46,789 nt of DNA, from positions 1 to 46,789 of the forward strand of contig JBDRUH010000008.1 of assembly GCA_039801225.1 (NCBI GenBank). The letters run 5' to 3'. Each line of letters starts with the position of its first letter. The stretch's first letter is position 1. This DNA comes from a candidate division WOR-3 bacterium. GTDB taxonomy: Bacteria; Hydrothermota; Tepidihabitantia; Tepidihabitantales; Tepidihabitantaceae. Shown here piece by piece: positions 1 through 8,935 of this stretch. A program made the position numbers and the translations under genes. The notes beneath the pieces were generated by a model that was not told where the DNA came from, searched no databases, and saw nothing but the letters and a program-made list of their open reading frames with translations.

Positions 1-484
1 TAGCGCCTGGGTGCGTTCGGTTTCGGCACAGGCATTGGGTGAGATTGGTGAAATTCAGGCGGCGCCAGTTTTACTTCACGCCCTTGATGACCCTGACCGC
101 TATGTCCGTGCTAGTGTTGCCGAGGCGTTGGGTAAACTTCGCGACTATCGGTCAAGTATGAAACTTCTGGAAATGGTAGATGACGAAAGCGACTTAGTTC
201 GGGCACAGGTATTCCGGGCTCTGGGAAGAATTGGCAACCCTGCGGCCATACCCTCGCTCCTCAAAGCATTAGATGACCCGGAACCACAGGTTCGCTGTGC
301 CGCAATTGAAGCGCTTGCTGAACTCCGGGTAGTAAGTATAATAGATCGGCTTCGGGCTATTACTCGCCCCTGGCCGTTCAGTCGTGAACCGAAGGAAGTA
401 AAGGAGATTGCCCGGTGGGCGATTGATGTGCTCACCCAAGCGTTAACCGCCCAGGCTCAATCCTCAAATAACGCCTCAACATAA
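1..484 (+). CDS. HEAT/PBS-lyase repeat protein, 5'-partial
   Basis: Repeated 'LDD-D--VR--AA-ALG-IG' HEAT units; frame is open to the window start; 3' end overlaps ftsY by 28 nt. Confidence 0.85.
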   Translation, partial: SAWVRSVSAQALGEIGEIQAAPVLLHALDDPDRYVRASVAEALGKLRDYRSSMKLLEMVDDESDLVRAQVFRALGRIGNPAAIPSLLKALDDPEPQVRCAAIEALAELRVVSIIDRLRAITRPWPFSREPKEVKEIARWAIDVLTQALTAQAQSSNNAST

Positions 485-1308
485 TCTTCAGGCACAAAAG
501 GTGCTAAATCTTCAATTCCCTCTCCGGTGCCAATAAATCGGATCGGCACCCCAATTTCCATTGCTACGGGAATGACAATTCCGCCTTTAGCGGTGCCATC
601 CAATTTGGTCAGGATAATTCCGGTGAGATTAAGCCGTTGATGAAATACTTGTGCCTGCCTGATGCCGTTTTGACCGATAGTGGCATCAAGAACCAATAGA
701 ATCTCTTCTGGTGCGCCGGGTTTCACTTTACCGCATACCCGTTTTATTTTCTCGGCTTCGGCCATCAGGTCATACCGGGTATGGAGCCTGCCCGCAGTAT
801 CTATAAGAACAACATCTGCTTTGCCCTGCTGTGCCTTCTGAAGGGTATCAAATGCTACCGCCGCGGCATCCTGACCTTTTTGAGAAGAAACTATTTCTAC
901 TCCGGCACGACTTGCCCAGACCTTGAGTTGTTCAGCTGCGGCATCCCGATATGTGTCGGCAGCCGCTATTACAACCTTTTTCCCCTGGCGGTTAAAAAGG
1001 TAAGAAAGTTTGCCGACGGTAGTGGTTTTGCCCACACCATTGACACCGACAACCATAATCACCAGTGGTGCTGTTTTTTCATTCCAAGCACTAAAAATAA
1101 CTGGTAATGAAAGAATGCGGATAATTTCTTTCTTTAAATTATCCCTGAGATTGCCTTTGGAACGGCGGGCGGCGGCGATAAGTATCTCAGTTGCCTTTAT
1201 ACCAACATCAGCACTAAGCAAAACTGCCTTAAGTTCTTCAGTATCAACCGTGCCAACGAGTCGACGGAATAACTCCCGGGTTTTTTTCAGAGTTTCGTAA
1301 ATCCCCAT
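457..1308 (-). CDS. ftsY: Signal recognition particle receptor FtsY (NG domain only)
   Basis: GVNGVGKTTT, DTYRDAAAEQL, DTAGR, TKLDGTAKGG and GTGE motifs; directly downstream of smc. Confidence 0.97.
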   Translation of the reverse strand: MGIYETLKKTRELFRRLVGTVDTEELKAVLLSADVGIKATEILIAAARRSKGNLRDNLKKEIIRILSLPVIFSAWNEKTAPLVIMVVGVNGVGKTTTVGKLSYLFNRQGKKVVIAAADTYRDAAAEQLKVWASRAGVEIVSSQKGQDAAAVAFDTLQKAQQGKADVVLIDTAGRLHTRYDLMAEAEKIKRVCGKVKPGAPEEILLVLDATIGQNGIRQAQVFHQRLNLTGIILTKLDGTAKGGIVIPVAMEIGVPIRFIGTGEGIEDLAPFVPEDYVEALFED

Positions 1309-4300
1309 TTAATCCTTATTAATTGGAACAGAAATCCTTTCTCGGTAGTTGGCGATATTCACTGAGACCAGTTGCGAGACACCAGGTTCTTCAGCGGTAA
1401 CCCCGAAAAGGACATCGGCCCTTTCAATTGTTGCCCGGTTATGGGTAATGAGGATTACCTGTGTCTTCTCTGATAGCCTTTTGAGGTAATCGGCAAATCG
1501 GATAACATTGGCATCATCTAAAGGTGCATCAACCTCGTCTAAGAAGCAGAAGGGCGCCGGTTTTACTCGATAAAAGGCTAAGAGTAAGGCTATCGCCAGC
1601 ATCGCCTTTTCTCCATCAGAAAGTTGTTCCAACCTTTTCGGAGTTTTACCCCGGGGTTTGGCAATTATTTCTACTTCTGATTCCAGCGGATTAATCTCAT
1701 TGGCTAAAATCAGGTCGGCTTCACCAGAGAGAAACAGCTCTTTGAATGTCAATTGAAACTCCTGTCTCACCGCCTGATAGGTAGCAAGAAACTGCTCCTT
1801 GGCATGCCGGTCAATCTCCAAAAGCGCTTGCTGGAGATTCTCTTTTGCCTGGAAAACATCGTTTCGCTGGAATAGCAATCGCTCCAAATCCTTTCGTTCC
1901 TGTTCATATTCTTCCAGGGCAAGGGGGTTCACCTCGCCCAAGGCTTCAAGTCGCTCGCGAATTCGTTGGAGTTGTTCCTCATCCGGTGTCGGCTCCTCAA
2001 AAGTAAAGTGAACTATATCGGTTTTATAACTTGTCTGTGCTTCGTTGATTACCGCCTTGAACCTTGCTTCAATTTCGGCAACCCGGAGACGCTGTTCTAA
2101 GAGCACCGCCTGCCCCTTATCTTGAATTTCTCGCAGTTCATTCCAGTTTGCTTCAAGAGTTTCGGTTGCGCGGCTAATTTCCTTGGTGCTAAAATGGGCT
2201 AATTGCTCCTCGTTTGTGGCCAGGGTGAGTTTGAGTTGTTTGAGTTCGTTACATCGCCGCTCTTTTTCTTCTTCCAGGTGCTTTATCTTGTTTTTTGCCT
2301 CCTCAATGGTGGTTTTCAGTTCTTCCCAGCGGTGTTGTTTATCAGAAATTAGACTTTGATTATGTCCCATTTCCGCTATCAGTCTCTCAATTTGTGCCCG
2401 GTATTCTGTTAGTGAAGCGAGTAGCTCGGTGGCATCTTTCAGTTCTATCTTGACTTTTCCTTCAATCTCCACCGCGGCGTTCTCCAATTGCTTTAGTTCC
2501 GTCTCGGCTGCGGCAATCTCTTGGGCTAGCCGTTCATTTTCTTTTCCTTTTATTTGGCGCTCCATCGCCACCTTCTCCAAAGAATTTTTTAACCTTTTTT
2601 CTTCGTCGATAAGGTGCTCTTTTTCTCTTTTTAGTTCTTCCCAAAGAGTTTGCAGTATCTTTATCCGGGATATTAAACCCTGGACCTCCTGCTCTTCAAC
2701 CAGCAGTTTGCTTTCGGTCTTTTCCAGTTCTCGTTGAAGTTTTTCCTGTTTTTCCTGTAACTCCTTTTCACTTTTCTGGAAATGGTCAATCTCTGTTTTG
2801 ATATTATTGAGTTTCGTCCTTGTTTCCTTAAACTGCACCTCAGCGGTCAAAACGCCGGGACTTTCACCCATTACCATCAGCCTGCCGTCACCAAACCAGG
2901 CGGCACCTTCTTGCATGACAAACGCCCCATGAGGATATTCATCAATCAACTCCTGGAACACCTGGTAATCCTTGGGCACCAGGAAAGAATCAAGTAGATA
3001 GCTCAAAATTAACGGGCTATCAGGTTTTACTTTAACAAACTCGGTCAATTTACCCACAATCCGTTTGTCTTGCAAGATATTCTCAATTTGTTTTTGATTG
3101 CTGAAAAATGGAATTATTGGAACCGTTTCTTGGGGAGAAATATCTTTTATCAACAGCCGCCAGTTTTTTCCCCGGGCGATAGGGGAGAGGCGGTTAGCTA
3201 CGGAGCGGTTAACTACGAGAAAATCTAAAAGAAAATATAACACCGCCTCGCAGGCTCGTTCCCAGCCCGGTGCCGGTTCAAGAAATTCTAATACTGCCGT
3301 TGCCTCTTCACCCCATAACTTCTTTGCCTCCTCCAACTGGACTGTTTTAACCTGTAACTGTAAACTATCAATCTTTTGTTCAAGAATGCTCTTTTCCAAT
3401 AACAATTTTGCTATTTGACCTCGGACTTCTACCAGTTTCCCCTCCTGGGTCTTGAGTTCCTCCCGAAGGTTTAGCAGCTGTTGCCGGGCTTGAGTTAATG
3501 GGTTCTGGGCTTGTTCCCGTTTTATCTCAGCAACTTTCAACTCATTCTCTACCTCTTTGATCCGCCCCTTTACTCTTCCGATATCCTCTTGAACCCTTTG
3601 CCAGTGACCTTTTAGGTTCTCCTCTTCCACCGCCAATTTTGTTAGCATCCTTCGTAATTTTTCTGCCGACTCCATCAACTCCTGAAGGTGTCTACTGACT
3701 CTGGTGGCGTTCTGCCGGATTTGAAATAATTCATCCTCCTTTTGTTTGATCACGCTCCGCCGCTCGGCGAGTTGCCTTTCTACTTCCTCTCTTTGTCCCT
3801 GCATTTCTTTGAGTTTTAAAAGGAGAGTGGCAGATAAACCCTCTAGATTCTTTATCTCCTCTTTAAGCCGGTTTTGCTCTTTTTCCCATTCGGCAATACT
3901 CCTTAAGAGAAAATCTTTTTCCTTTTCTGCCAATTGCTCTTTAGTTTGGAGTTCCAAAATTGCCTGACGCAACTGTTGCAACTCTGTACTGATGTGCTCC
4001 TTTTCACCCTCCTCCGCTAAGAGCCGGGTGCGAAGATTGTGTAACTCTTTCTCAAGTCGCCGGATTTCGTTCAATCTGTCTGCCTGCACCTGCTCCAAGA
4101 CAGCAATTTCTTTTTGACCCTTTTCCAACTCAGTTTTTAAAATCTCATAAGTTTGCTTCAATTCCCAGAGCCGTAATCGTTTTTCTTCCTCCTTTAACCG
4201 TTGATAGGCGCGGAGTTTTGCCGCTTGGCGTTGGAGACTCCGGGTAATTCGTTCCCTTTCGCTGATTATATCCTCCAGCCGGGTGAGGTCGGCGTTAGTC

Positions 4301-4860
4301 AGTTCTATTTTCCGCTGACATTCCTCCTTGGCGTCCCGGAACTTTGCCAGCGTCGCCGCCTCTTCAAACATTTTCCGGATATTGCCCGAGATGATTTCCC
4401 GGATTTGGTGGAGGTCAAAGGTTGAATAAGCCTTGGTGCCAATTCCGTGAGAGAGAAACAAATCCTGAATATCACGTAAACGGCAGGGTTGGCGATTAAG
4501 ATAATATTCACTTTCACCGGAACGAAAGAAGCGCCGCCGAATCTCTATTTCTGAAGGTGTTTGCCCCTGCCACCAGGCATTATTTATCTCCGAATTGCCC
4601 GCTACAGAAAGCACCAGTCGCACCTCGGCATAATTCAATGGTGGGACTCGGGCAGTTCCAGCAAAAATTAAATCCTCATTTTTGCTACACCTTAGAACCG
4701 CAAACGACTGTTCACCCAGTACCCATCTTAAGGCATCCAAAATGTTGGACTTGCCGCAACCATTGGGTCCAACAATACAGTTCATCCCTGGGGCAAAACG
4801 CAGGGTGGTTTTGTCCTTAAAAGATTTAAACCCGAAAAGTTCTAACTCTTTGATAAACAC
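1309..4860 (-). CDS. smc: Chromosome segregation protein SMC
   Basis: GFKSF, Walker A GPNGCGKSN, long coiled coils, LGEVNPLA, Walker B FLDEVDAPLD; 1183 aa. Confidence 0.95.
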   Translation of the reverse strand: MFIKELELFGFKSFKDKTTLRFAPGMNCIVGPNGCGKSNILDALRWVLGEQSFAVLRCSKNEDLIFAGTARVPPLNYAEVRLVLSVAGNSEINNAWWQGQTPSEIEIRRRFFRSGESEYYLNRQPCRLRDIQDLFLSHGIGTKAYSTFDLHQIREIISGNIRKMFEEAATLAKFRDAKEECQRKIELTNADLTRLEDIISERERITRSLQRQAAKLRAYQRLKEEEKRLRLWELKQTYEILKTELEKGQKEIAVLEQVQADRLNEIRRLEKELHNLRTRLLAEEGEKEHISTELQQLRQAILELQTKEQLAEKEKDFLLRSIAEWEKEQNRLKEEIKNLEGLSATLLLKLKEMQGQREEVERQLAERRSVIKQKEDELFQIRQNATRVSRHLQELMESAEKLRRMLTKLAVEEENLKGHWQRVQEDIGRVKGRIKEVENELKVAEIKREQAQNPLTQARQQLLNLREELKTQEGKLVEVRGQIAKLLLEKSILEQKIDSLQLQVKTVQLEEAKKLWGEEATAVLEFLEPAPGWERACEAVLYFLLDFLVVNRSVANRLSPIARGKNWRLLIKDISPQETVPIIPFFSNQKQIENILQDKRIVGKLTEFVKVKPDSPLILSYLLDSFLVPKDYQVFQELIDEYPHGAFVMQEGAAWFGDGRLMVMGESPGVLTAEVQFKETRTKLNNIKTEIDHFQKSEKELQEKQEKLQRELEKTESKLLVEEQEVQGLISRIKILQTLWEELKREKEHLIDEEKRLKNSLEKVAMERQIKGKENERLAQEIAAAETELKQLENAAVEIEGKVKIELKDATELLASLTEYRAQIERLIAEMGHNQSLISDKQHRWEELKTTIEEAKNKIKHLEEEKERRCNELKQLKLTLATNEEQLAHFSTKEISRATETLEANWNELREIQDKGQAVLLEQRLRVAEIEARFKAVINEAQTSYKTDIVHFTFEEPTPDEEQLQRIRERLEALGEVNPLALEEYEQERKDLERLLFQRNDVFQAKENLQQALLEIDRHAKEQFLATYQAVRQEFQLTFKELFLSGEADLILANEINPLESEVEIIAKPRGKTPKRLEQLSDGEKAMLAIALLLAFYRVKPAPFCFLDEVDAPLDDANVIRFADYLKRLSEKTQVILITHNRATIERADVLFGVTAEEPGVSQLVSVNIANYRERISVPINKD

Positions 4861-4866
4861 TAAGGT

Positions 4867-4894
4867 AATATATGTTTCTTTAGTGGAGAGTCAA
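4867..4894 (-). promoter_or_regulatory. sigma70-type promoter of smc (leaderless geometry)
   Basis: TTGACT-16 nt-TATATT-6 nt-GTG start; no SD. Confidence 0.55.
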
Positions 4895-4931
4895 TATAAA
4901 GCCGTCCGTTTCCGGGTTGGAGACGGACGGC
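4893..4931 (-). terminator. Rho-independent terminator of the ECF/Spy operon
   Basis: 13-bp GC stem GCCGTCCGTCTCC/GGAAACGGACGGC (1 mismatch) followed by TTTATATT on the minus strand. Confidence 0.7.
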
Positions 4932-5002
4932 ACGACCGGTAGATTTGTCCCGGTTATTAGGGCTATGGAAAGGAGGTATTATGTTCGGGTCTACCAGTCT
5001 TT

Positions 5003-5503
5003 CTAATCATCTTTCATATCGCTTGGTTCCATTAACCTGAACCTCTTTCTCATCTCCCGCCTCATATTTTTCCTCATTCCAAAACCGCGGCGCAGGGTTT
5101 TGCGTTGCTCCGGTGTTAAGATTTTATAAATTTCAATCCGCTGTTTCACCCTTGCCAGTTCCAGTTTATTCTTTAACTCGCCAATCTCCTTTACCTTGGC
5201 GATGATTTCCTTGGCATCAAACTTTTCCGCCTGCCAGAGTGCATCCAGTTCAATCTCTTTTATTCTCACCTCAGTTTCAATCGGTAAAATCTCCTTTAAA
5301 TGCTTAATCCGTAGCGCCTGAATTTGCTCCCTTTGGGCATCGGTCAAATTGGGTAAATCCATCAAACCCAGGGGTGGCATCATCATCGGAGGATGTTCTT
5401 CCAATGCCGGCTCTTCTTTGGGTTCTTGAGCCATAGCCCAGCCAGTAAAAACCAGCGCTCCGGCTATTACCAACAGACAGTTCAATTTTGTTAATTTTTT
5501 CAT
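5003..5503 (-). CDS. Spy/CpxP-family periplasmic chaperone
   Basis: Signal peptide; two LTxxQ motifs (LTDAQ, LTPEQ); Met-rich termini. Confidence 0.85.
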   Translation of the reverse strand: MKKLTKLNCLLVIAGALVFTGWAMAQEPKEEPALEEHPPMMMPPLGLMDLPNLTDAQREQIQALRIKHLKEILPIETEVRIKEIELDALWQAEKFDAKEIIAKVKEIGELKNKLELARVKQRIEIYKILTPEQRKTLRRGFGMRKNMRREMRKRFRLMEPSDMKDD

Positions 5504-5515
5504 TTTTTCCTCCTT

Positions 5516-5992
5516 TTAAAACCTTCTTAGTCTTTTCTTTGGTCTCCAAACAGGATGTTCTCTACACCTTAGTGGTGGCGGAGGCGGACCTCCAACCATC
5601 TCCCGGTGACGCCGGATGATTCTTTCCCGCCTACCGGGAGGTAGAAGCATTACCGCTTTTCTGCCCGTTTCCAATACTAACCGGTTCATCTCCCGGTGAA
5701 TTTCGGCGATACGGTCAAGAGTCTGCTCAATTGCCTGGGAATCCATTTTATCAGCAAAGTTCATCTCGGCCAGTTCCCGACGTGCCCGCCAGTATTCCAT
5801 TCGTAAAGAGTCCATCTTAAACTGATGCTCATCAATCAGCGGTGCTATCCTTTCTGGTGCTCCCGCGGTCAGTCGTTTTAAGACACCCCGCCTTTGCCAT
5901 TTCCGATACCGGTTATAGGCAAATGCGGCGAAAGCCGTCAGGTTCAATGCCAGCGAAGCCGCCAATATTACCAGTAGCCAGCGATTTTTCAT
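5516..5992 (-). CDS. Periplasmic heavy-metal sensor-like protein (CpxP fold)
   Basis: N-terminal 'LAASLALNL' membrane anchor, helical body, 'LLPPGRR' variant of LTxxQR; within the ECF cluster. Confidence 0.7.
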   Translation of the reverse strand: MKNRWLLVILAASLALNLTAFAAFAYNRYRKWQRRGVLKRLTAGAPERIAPLIDEHQFKMDSLRMEYWRARRELAEMNFADKMDSQAIEQTLDRIAEIHREMNRLVLETGRKAVMLLPPGRRERIIRRHREMVGGPPPPPLRCREHPVWRPKKRLRRF

Positions 5993-6417
5993 TATTTGCC
6001 TATAGCAAAAAGTTCCTCAATTGAAGGTTCGCTATTGAGGGCGGCGAGTTCGCCATTGACCTCGCCGTTACTTCCGATACCTAACCCAAGCAAGACGCCA
6101 ACTCCAATGCCGATTACGATTAGCACTACTGCTACCACCCGCCAGACCAACACCTGCCAACCACTTATTGGCAAAACCTTTGCCTCTTTGAGCCGGGCGA
6201 TAGTCCGGGTCAAAAGATAGGGCGACATTTCCGGAACCGAAGCCGAACTCAAAAACTTTTTTAGCGCCTCTAACTCCTCAAACTCCTTTCGGCATTCAGG
6301 ACACCCATCAATATGGGAATGGATTTTTTCTTTTAACCCTGCCTCTATTTCGCCATCCAGAGTTCGGGAAAGCAACTTCTTTACCTTTTGGCATTTCATT
6401 TTCATATTTTTAGACAC
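5992..6417 (-). CDS. Zinc-finger (zf-HC2/ZAS) anti-sigma factor
   Basis: C...LS..LDGE...HIDGCPEC (HxxxCxxC) plus one TM helix; directly after the ECF sigma. Confidence 0.88.
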   Translation of the reverse strand: MSKNMKMKCQKVKKLLSRTLDGEIEAGLKEKIHSHIDGCPECRKEFEELEALKKFLSSASVPEMSPYLLTRTIARLKEAKVLPISGWQVLVWRVVAVVLIVIGIGVGVLLGLGIGSNGEVNGELAALNSEPSIEELFAIGK

Positions 6418-6460
6418 ACCACTTTTGTTTTTCCTGCGTTAAATTTAATGACTATTTTCA

Positions 6461-7015
6461 TCAGATAACGCCTTTCTCCCGCGCCGGCAGCAATAGCTCT
6501 TTTAATCGGCGCTTTGCCCGAACGAGCAACGAGTCCACCGCCCGCACCGATTTTCCCATCACCTCAGCAATTTCCTTATATCTCATTCTTTCATATATTA
6601 ATAAGACTATTGCGGTTCGCTGGTCAACCGGTAACTGTGCCAGGGCATCCCGTATTACTTTTTCCTTTTGGGTTTGTTGATAAACCCTTGCCGGCTCCTT
6701 TTTTTCTTCACCGGGTAAAAATTCAGTCAGTTCCTCGGTTACCTTTCGCCGGGTCTTAAGATTGAGCGCCAAGTTCATTCCGATCCGAAAAAGCCAGGTT
6801 TTAAACTCACTGCGCTCTTTGAAATTGCCGAGCCCCTTCCACGCCCTTACCCAGGTTTCCTGGGTTAACTCTTCCGCCTCAGCGCTGTCTCCGAGAATTC
6901 TATACATAAACGCAAATAGTGCCTGACTGTGTCGTTTGATTAACTCCTCAAAAGCGGTAAGTTCTTTGGACTTTGCCCGCCGGACCAGTTCGCTGTCAGG
7001 TGGTTCATTGTCCAC
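6461..7015 (-). CDS. ECF RNA polymerase sigma factor
   Basis: Region 2 'AEELTQETWVRAW...FKTWLFRI' and region 4 'LP..QR.AIVL...YKEIAEVMG'. Confidence 0.95.
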   Translation of the reverse strand: MDNEPPDSELVRRAKSKELTAFEELIKRHSQALFAFMYRILGDSAEAEELTQETWVRAWKGLGNFKERSEFKTWLFRIGMNLALNLKTRRKVTEELTEFLPGEEKKEPARVYQQTQKEKVIRDALAQLPVDQRTAIVLLIYERMRYKEIAEVMGKSVRAVDSLLVRAKRRLKELLLPAREKGVI

Positions 7016-7048
7016 AGTTCATAGTTTATAGTTCATAGTTTATAGTTC
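7014..7048. repeat. Tandem heptamer repeat (ATAGTTY)x5
   Basis: acagttc atagttt atagttc atagttt atagttc, abutting the sigma start codon. Confidence 0.9.
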
Positions 7049-7082
7049 AACTAAGAACCCAAATATAATATCCTCGGTTGCC

Positions 7083-7111
7083 TTGACCCCTGTGCATAAA
7101 TGATTTAAAAT
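7083..7111 (+). promoter_or_regulatory. sigma70-type promoter (leaderless) of the RecJ-like gene
   Basis: TTGACC-17-TAAAAT-6-ATG(7118). Confidence 0.7.
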
Positions 7112-7117
7112 ACATAA

Positions 7118-8788
7118 ATGCAACAGTCAGAATCTTCCGGTTTTAGGTTTCCCTGGGCGATAAAACCGGTTGACGAAGACTTGTTGAGGCGGTTAAGCCG
7201 AGAACTAAGGGTCTCAGAGGTTTTAGCCCGACTTCTGGTTCAGAGAGGTGTTAATGACGAAACATCAGCCCGAGTCTGGCTTAACCCGAGCGTTCGTTTA
7301 TTATATCCGGGTTATCTCTTACCCGATTTTGAACCAGCGAAAGAGCGGATTTTTAAGGCGATAGAAAATAAAGAAACGGTTCTTATTTGGGGGCATGACG
7401 ACCTTGATGGTATTACCGCCGTTCTAACGCTTTATAAAATTTTAAGCGGAATGCAGGCAAAGGTGAAATATTACATTCCCACTAAAGGGAAAGACAAACA
7501 CGGGCTTGATAGCCGGATTTTGAAAAAATATTGTGAAGAAGGGGTAAAACTGGTGGTTACGGTTGATTGCGGAATTACTAACTACAAGGAGATCAAAGAG
7601 ATAAAAGAATACGGCGTAGATGTAATTGTTACCGACCACCACGAAGTGATTGACCCTTTACCAGAAGCAATTGCCATTATTGACCCGAAAAGACCCGATG
7701 CTTGTTATCCTTACCCTTATTTGACCGGTGTTGGGGTAGCATTGAAACTGGCTATGGAACTCACCAGGGTAAGATTGAAAATATCTTACGAGGAGTTCTT
7801 TTCTGTCCAGCCAGATATGTTTGTTTTGGGAACTCTGGGCACCATTGCCGACCGGAGCCCCTTAACCGGTGAGAACCGTATTATGGTCACACTGGGTTTA
7901 AATCAGATGGAAAAGACCCAACTGCCGGCAGTCGCTGCGGTGCTAAGAACATTGAACTTCAAACCAAAGGAGTTTACCGTTGCCGACTTTCTTAGCGAAC
8001 TACTGCCGCTATTTGCTTCAGCCAGTGGTATAGAAGGGGTGGAGCGATTTTTAGACCCGGACCAAAACCGGGCAGAAATGTGGGTAAGGGAACTTGCTCA
8101 AAAAAGTCAAGAATGGCGGGATGAAGCAGAACGAACCTTTGACCTGGCTCAAAAGAACCTAAGATTTGGTGATGGAATCATATTCGTCCAGCACAAAGAA
8201 CTTTCCTTACGCGCCCTGGGTGCAAGTGCCTCCCGCTTAAAAGATAGGTATCAGGTGCCGGTTATCGTTCTGGGCTGGCGTGGTGATGCTTGGGTTGGTG
8301 AGTGCCGGGGAATGAATGGCATTGACCTGATGGACCTCTTACGCGCATTGTCCTGCTATCTTGTGGATTATGGCGGTCATAAAAAGGCGGCTGGTTTTAC
8401 CATCAAAGATGAACAGGTTGAAGCCTTTATTCGCTCAGCCGAACAGTTTGCCCACGAAAACTTCGCCCCAAAGATTACGAAAGAAAATCAGATCGTCGCC
8501 GACGGGATAGTTCCTTTTAATGATTTTGACCCTGCGGTCATAAAACTGGCACCATTTGGTGAAGGTAACCCCCAACCAGTATTTATTTCCGAACCGACCG
8601 AACTGGTTAGAAACCGAGACTACTTAAGCCCCGCATCACGCCCCGAACTCCTCCTTTCCTCAGGCAAAAAGGATTTTCCTATTGAACCGGGAATACCAGT
8701 AATTACTCTTTACACGATTGACGATTTAGGTCGTTTAACACTCCTTGACTACCATCATCCCTCACCTTCCCATCATTCCGAGAGTTAA
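7118..8788 (+). CDS. recJ: RecJ-like DHH/DHHA1 ssDNA exonuclease (divergent)
   Basis: HDDLDG, TVDCG, TDHH, GTIAD...LTGENR, GGHKKAAG, LAPFGEGNP. Confidence 0.8.
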   Translation: MQQSESSGFRFPWAIKPVDEDLLRRLSRELRVSEVLARLLVQRGVNDETSARVWLNPSVRLLYPGYLLPDFEPAKERIFKAIENKETVLIWGHDDLDGITAVLTLYKILSGMQAKVKYYIPTKGKDKHGLDSRILKKYCEEGVKLVVTVDCGITNYKEIKEIKEYGVDVIVTDHHEVIDPLPEAIAIIDPKRPDACYPYPYLTGVGVALKLAMELTRVRLKISYEEFFSVQPDMFVLGTLGTIADRSPLTGENRIMVTLGLNQMEKTQLPAVAAVLRTLNFKPKEFTVADFLSELLPLFASASGIEGVERFLDPDQNRAEMWVRELAQKSQEWRDEAERTFDLAQKNLRFGDGIIFVQHKELSLRALGASASRLKDRYQVPVIVLGWRGDAWVGECRGMNGIDLMDLLRALSCYLVDYGGHKKAAGFTIKDEQVEAFIRSAEQFAHENFAPKITKENQIVADGIVPFNDFDPAVIKLAPFGEGNPQPVFISEPTELVRNRDYLSPASRPELLLSSGKKDFPIEPGIPVITLYTIDDLGRLTLLDYHHPSPSHHSES

Positions 8789-8810
8789 GCCCTTGCAACC
8801 TCTTACCCTC

Positions 8811-8916
8811 ATCGTTGCGAGCCCCTCGGCTCCGCCCTGCCGACCGAACCTCTTCGCTTCGTCATCCCGAGCGAAGCCGAGGAATCCATTTCTCCGCGAG
8901 GCTTCGGGACAGCATC
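8811..8916 (+). repeat. Degenerate nested palindromic element (copy 1)
   Basis: ATCGTTGCGAG-CCCTCGGCTCCG-...-GTCATCCCGAGCGAAGCCGAGGAATCC; same module order as 18946-19028 and 34877-34972. Confidence 0.7.
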
Positions 8917-8935
8917 TAAAATCCAAAATCTAACT

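Noticed and set aside
457..1308. Short FtsY as a truncation
   Set aside because: FtsY lacking the acidic domain is common and all GTPase motifs are intact
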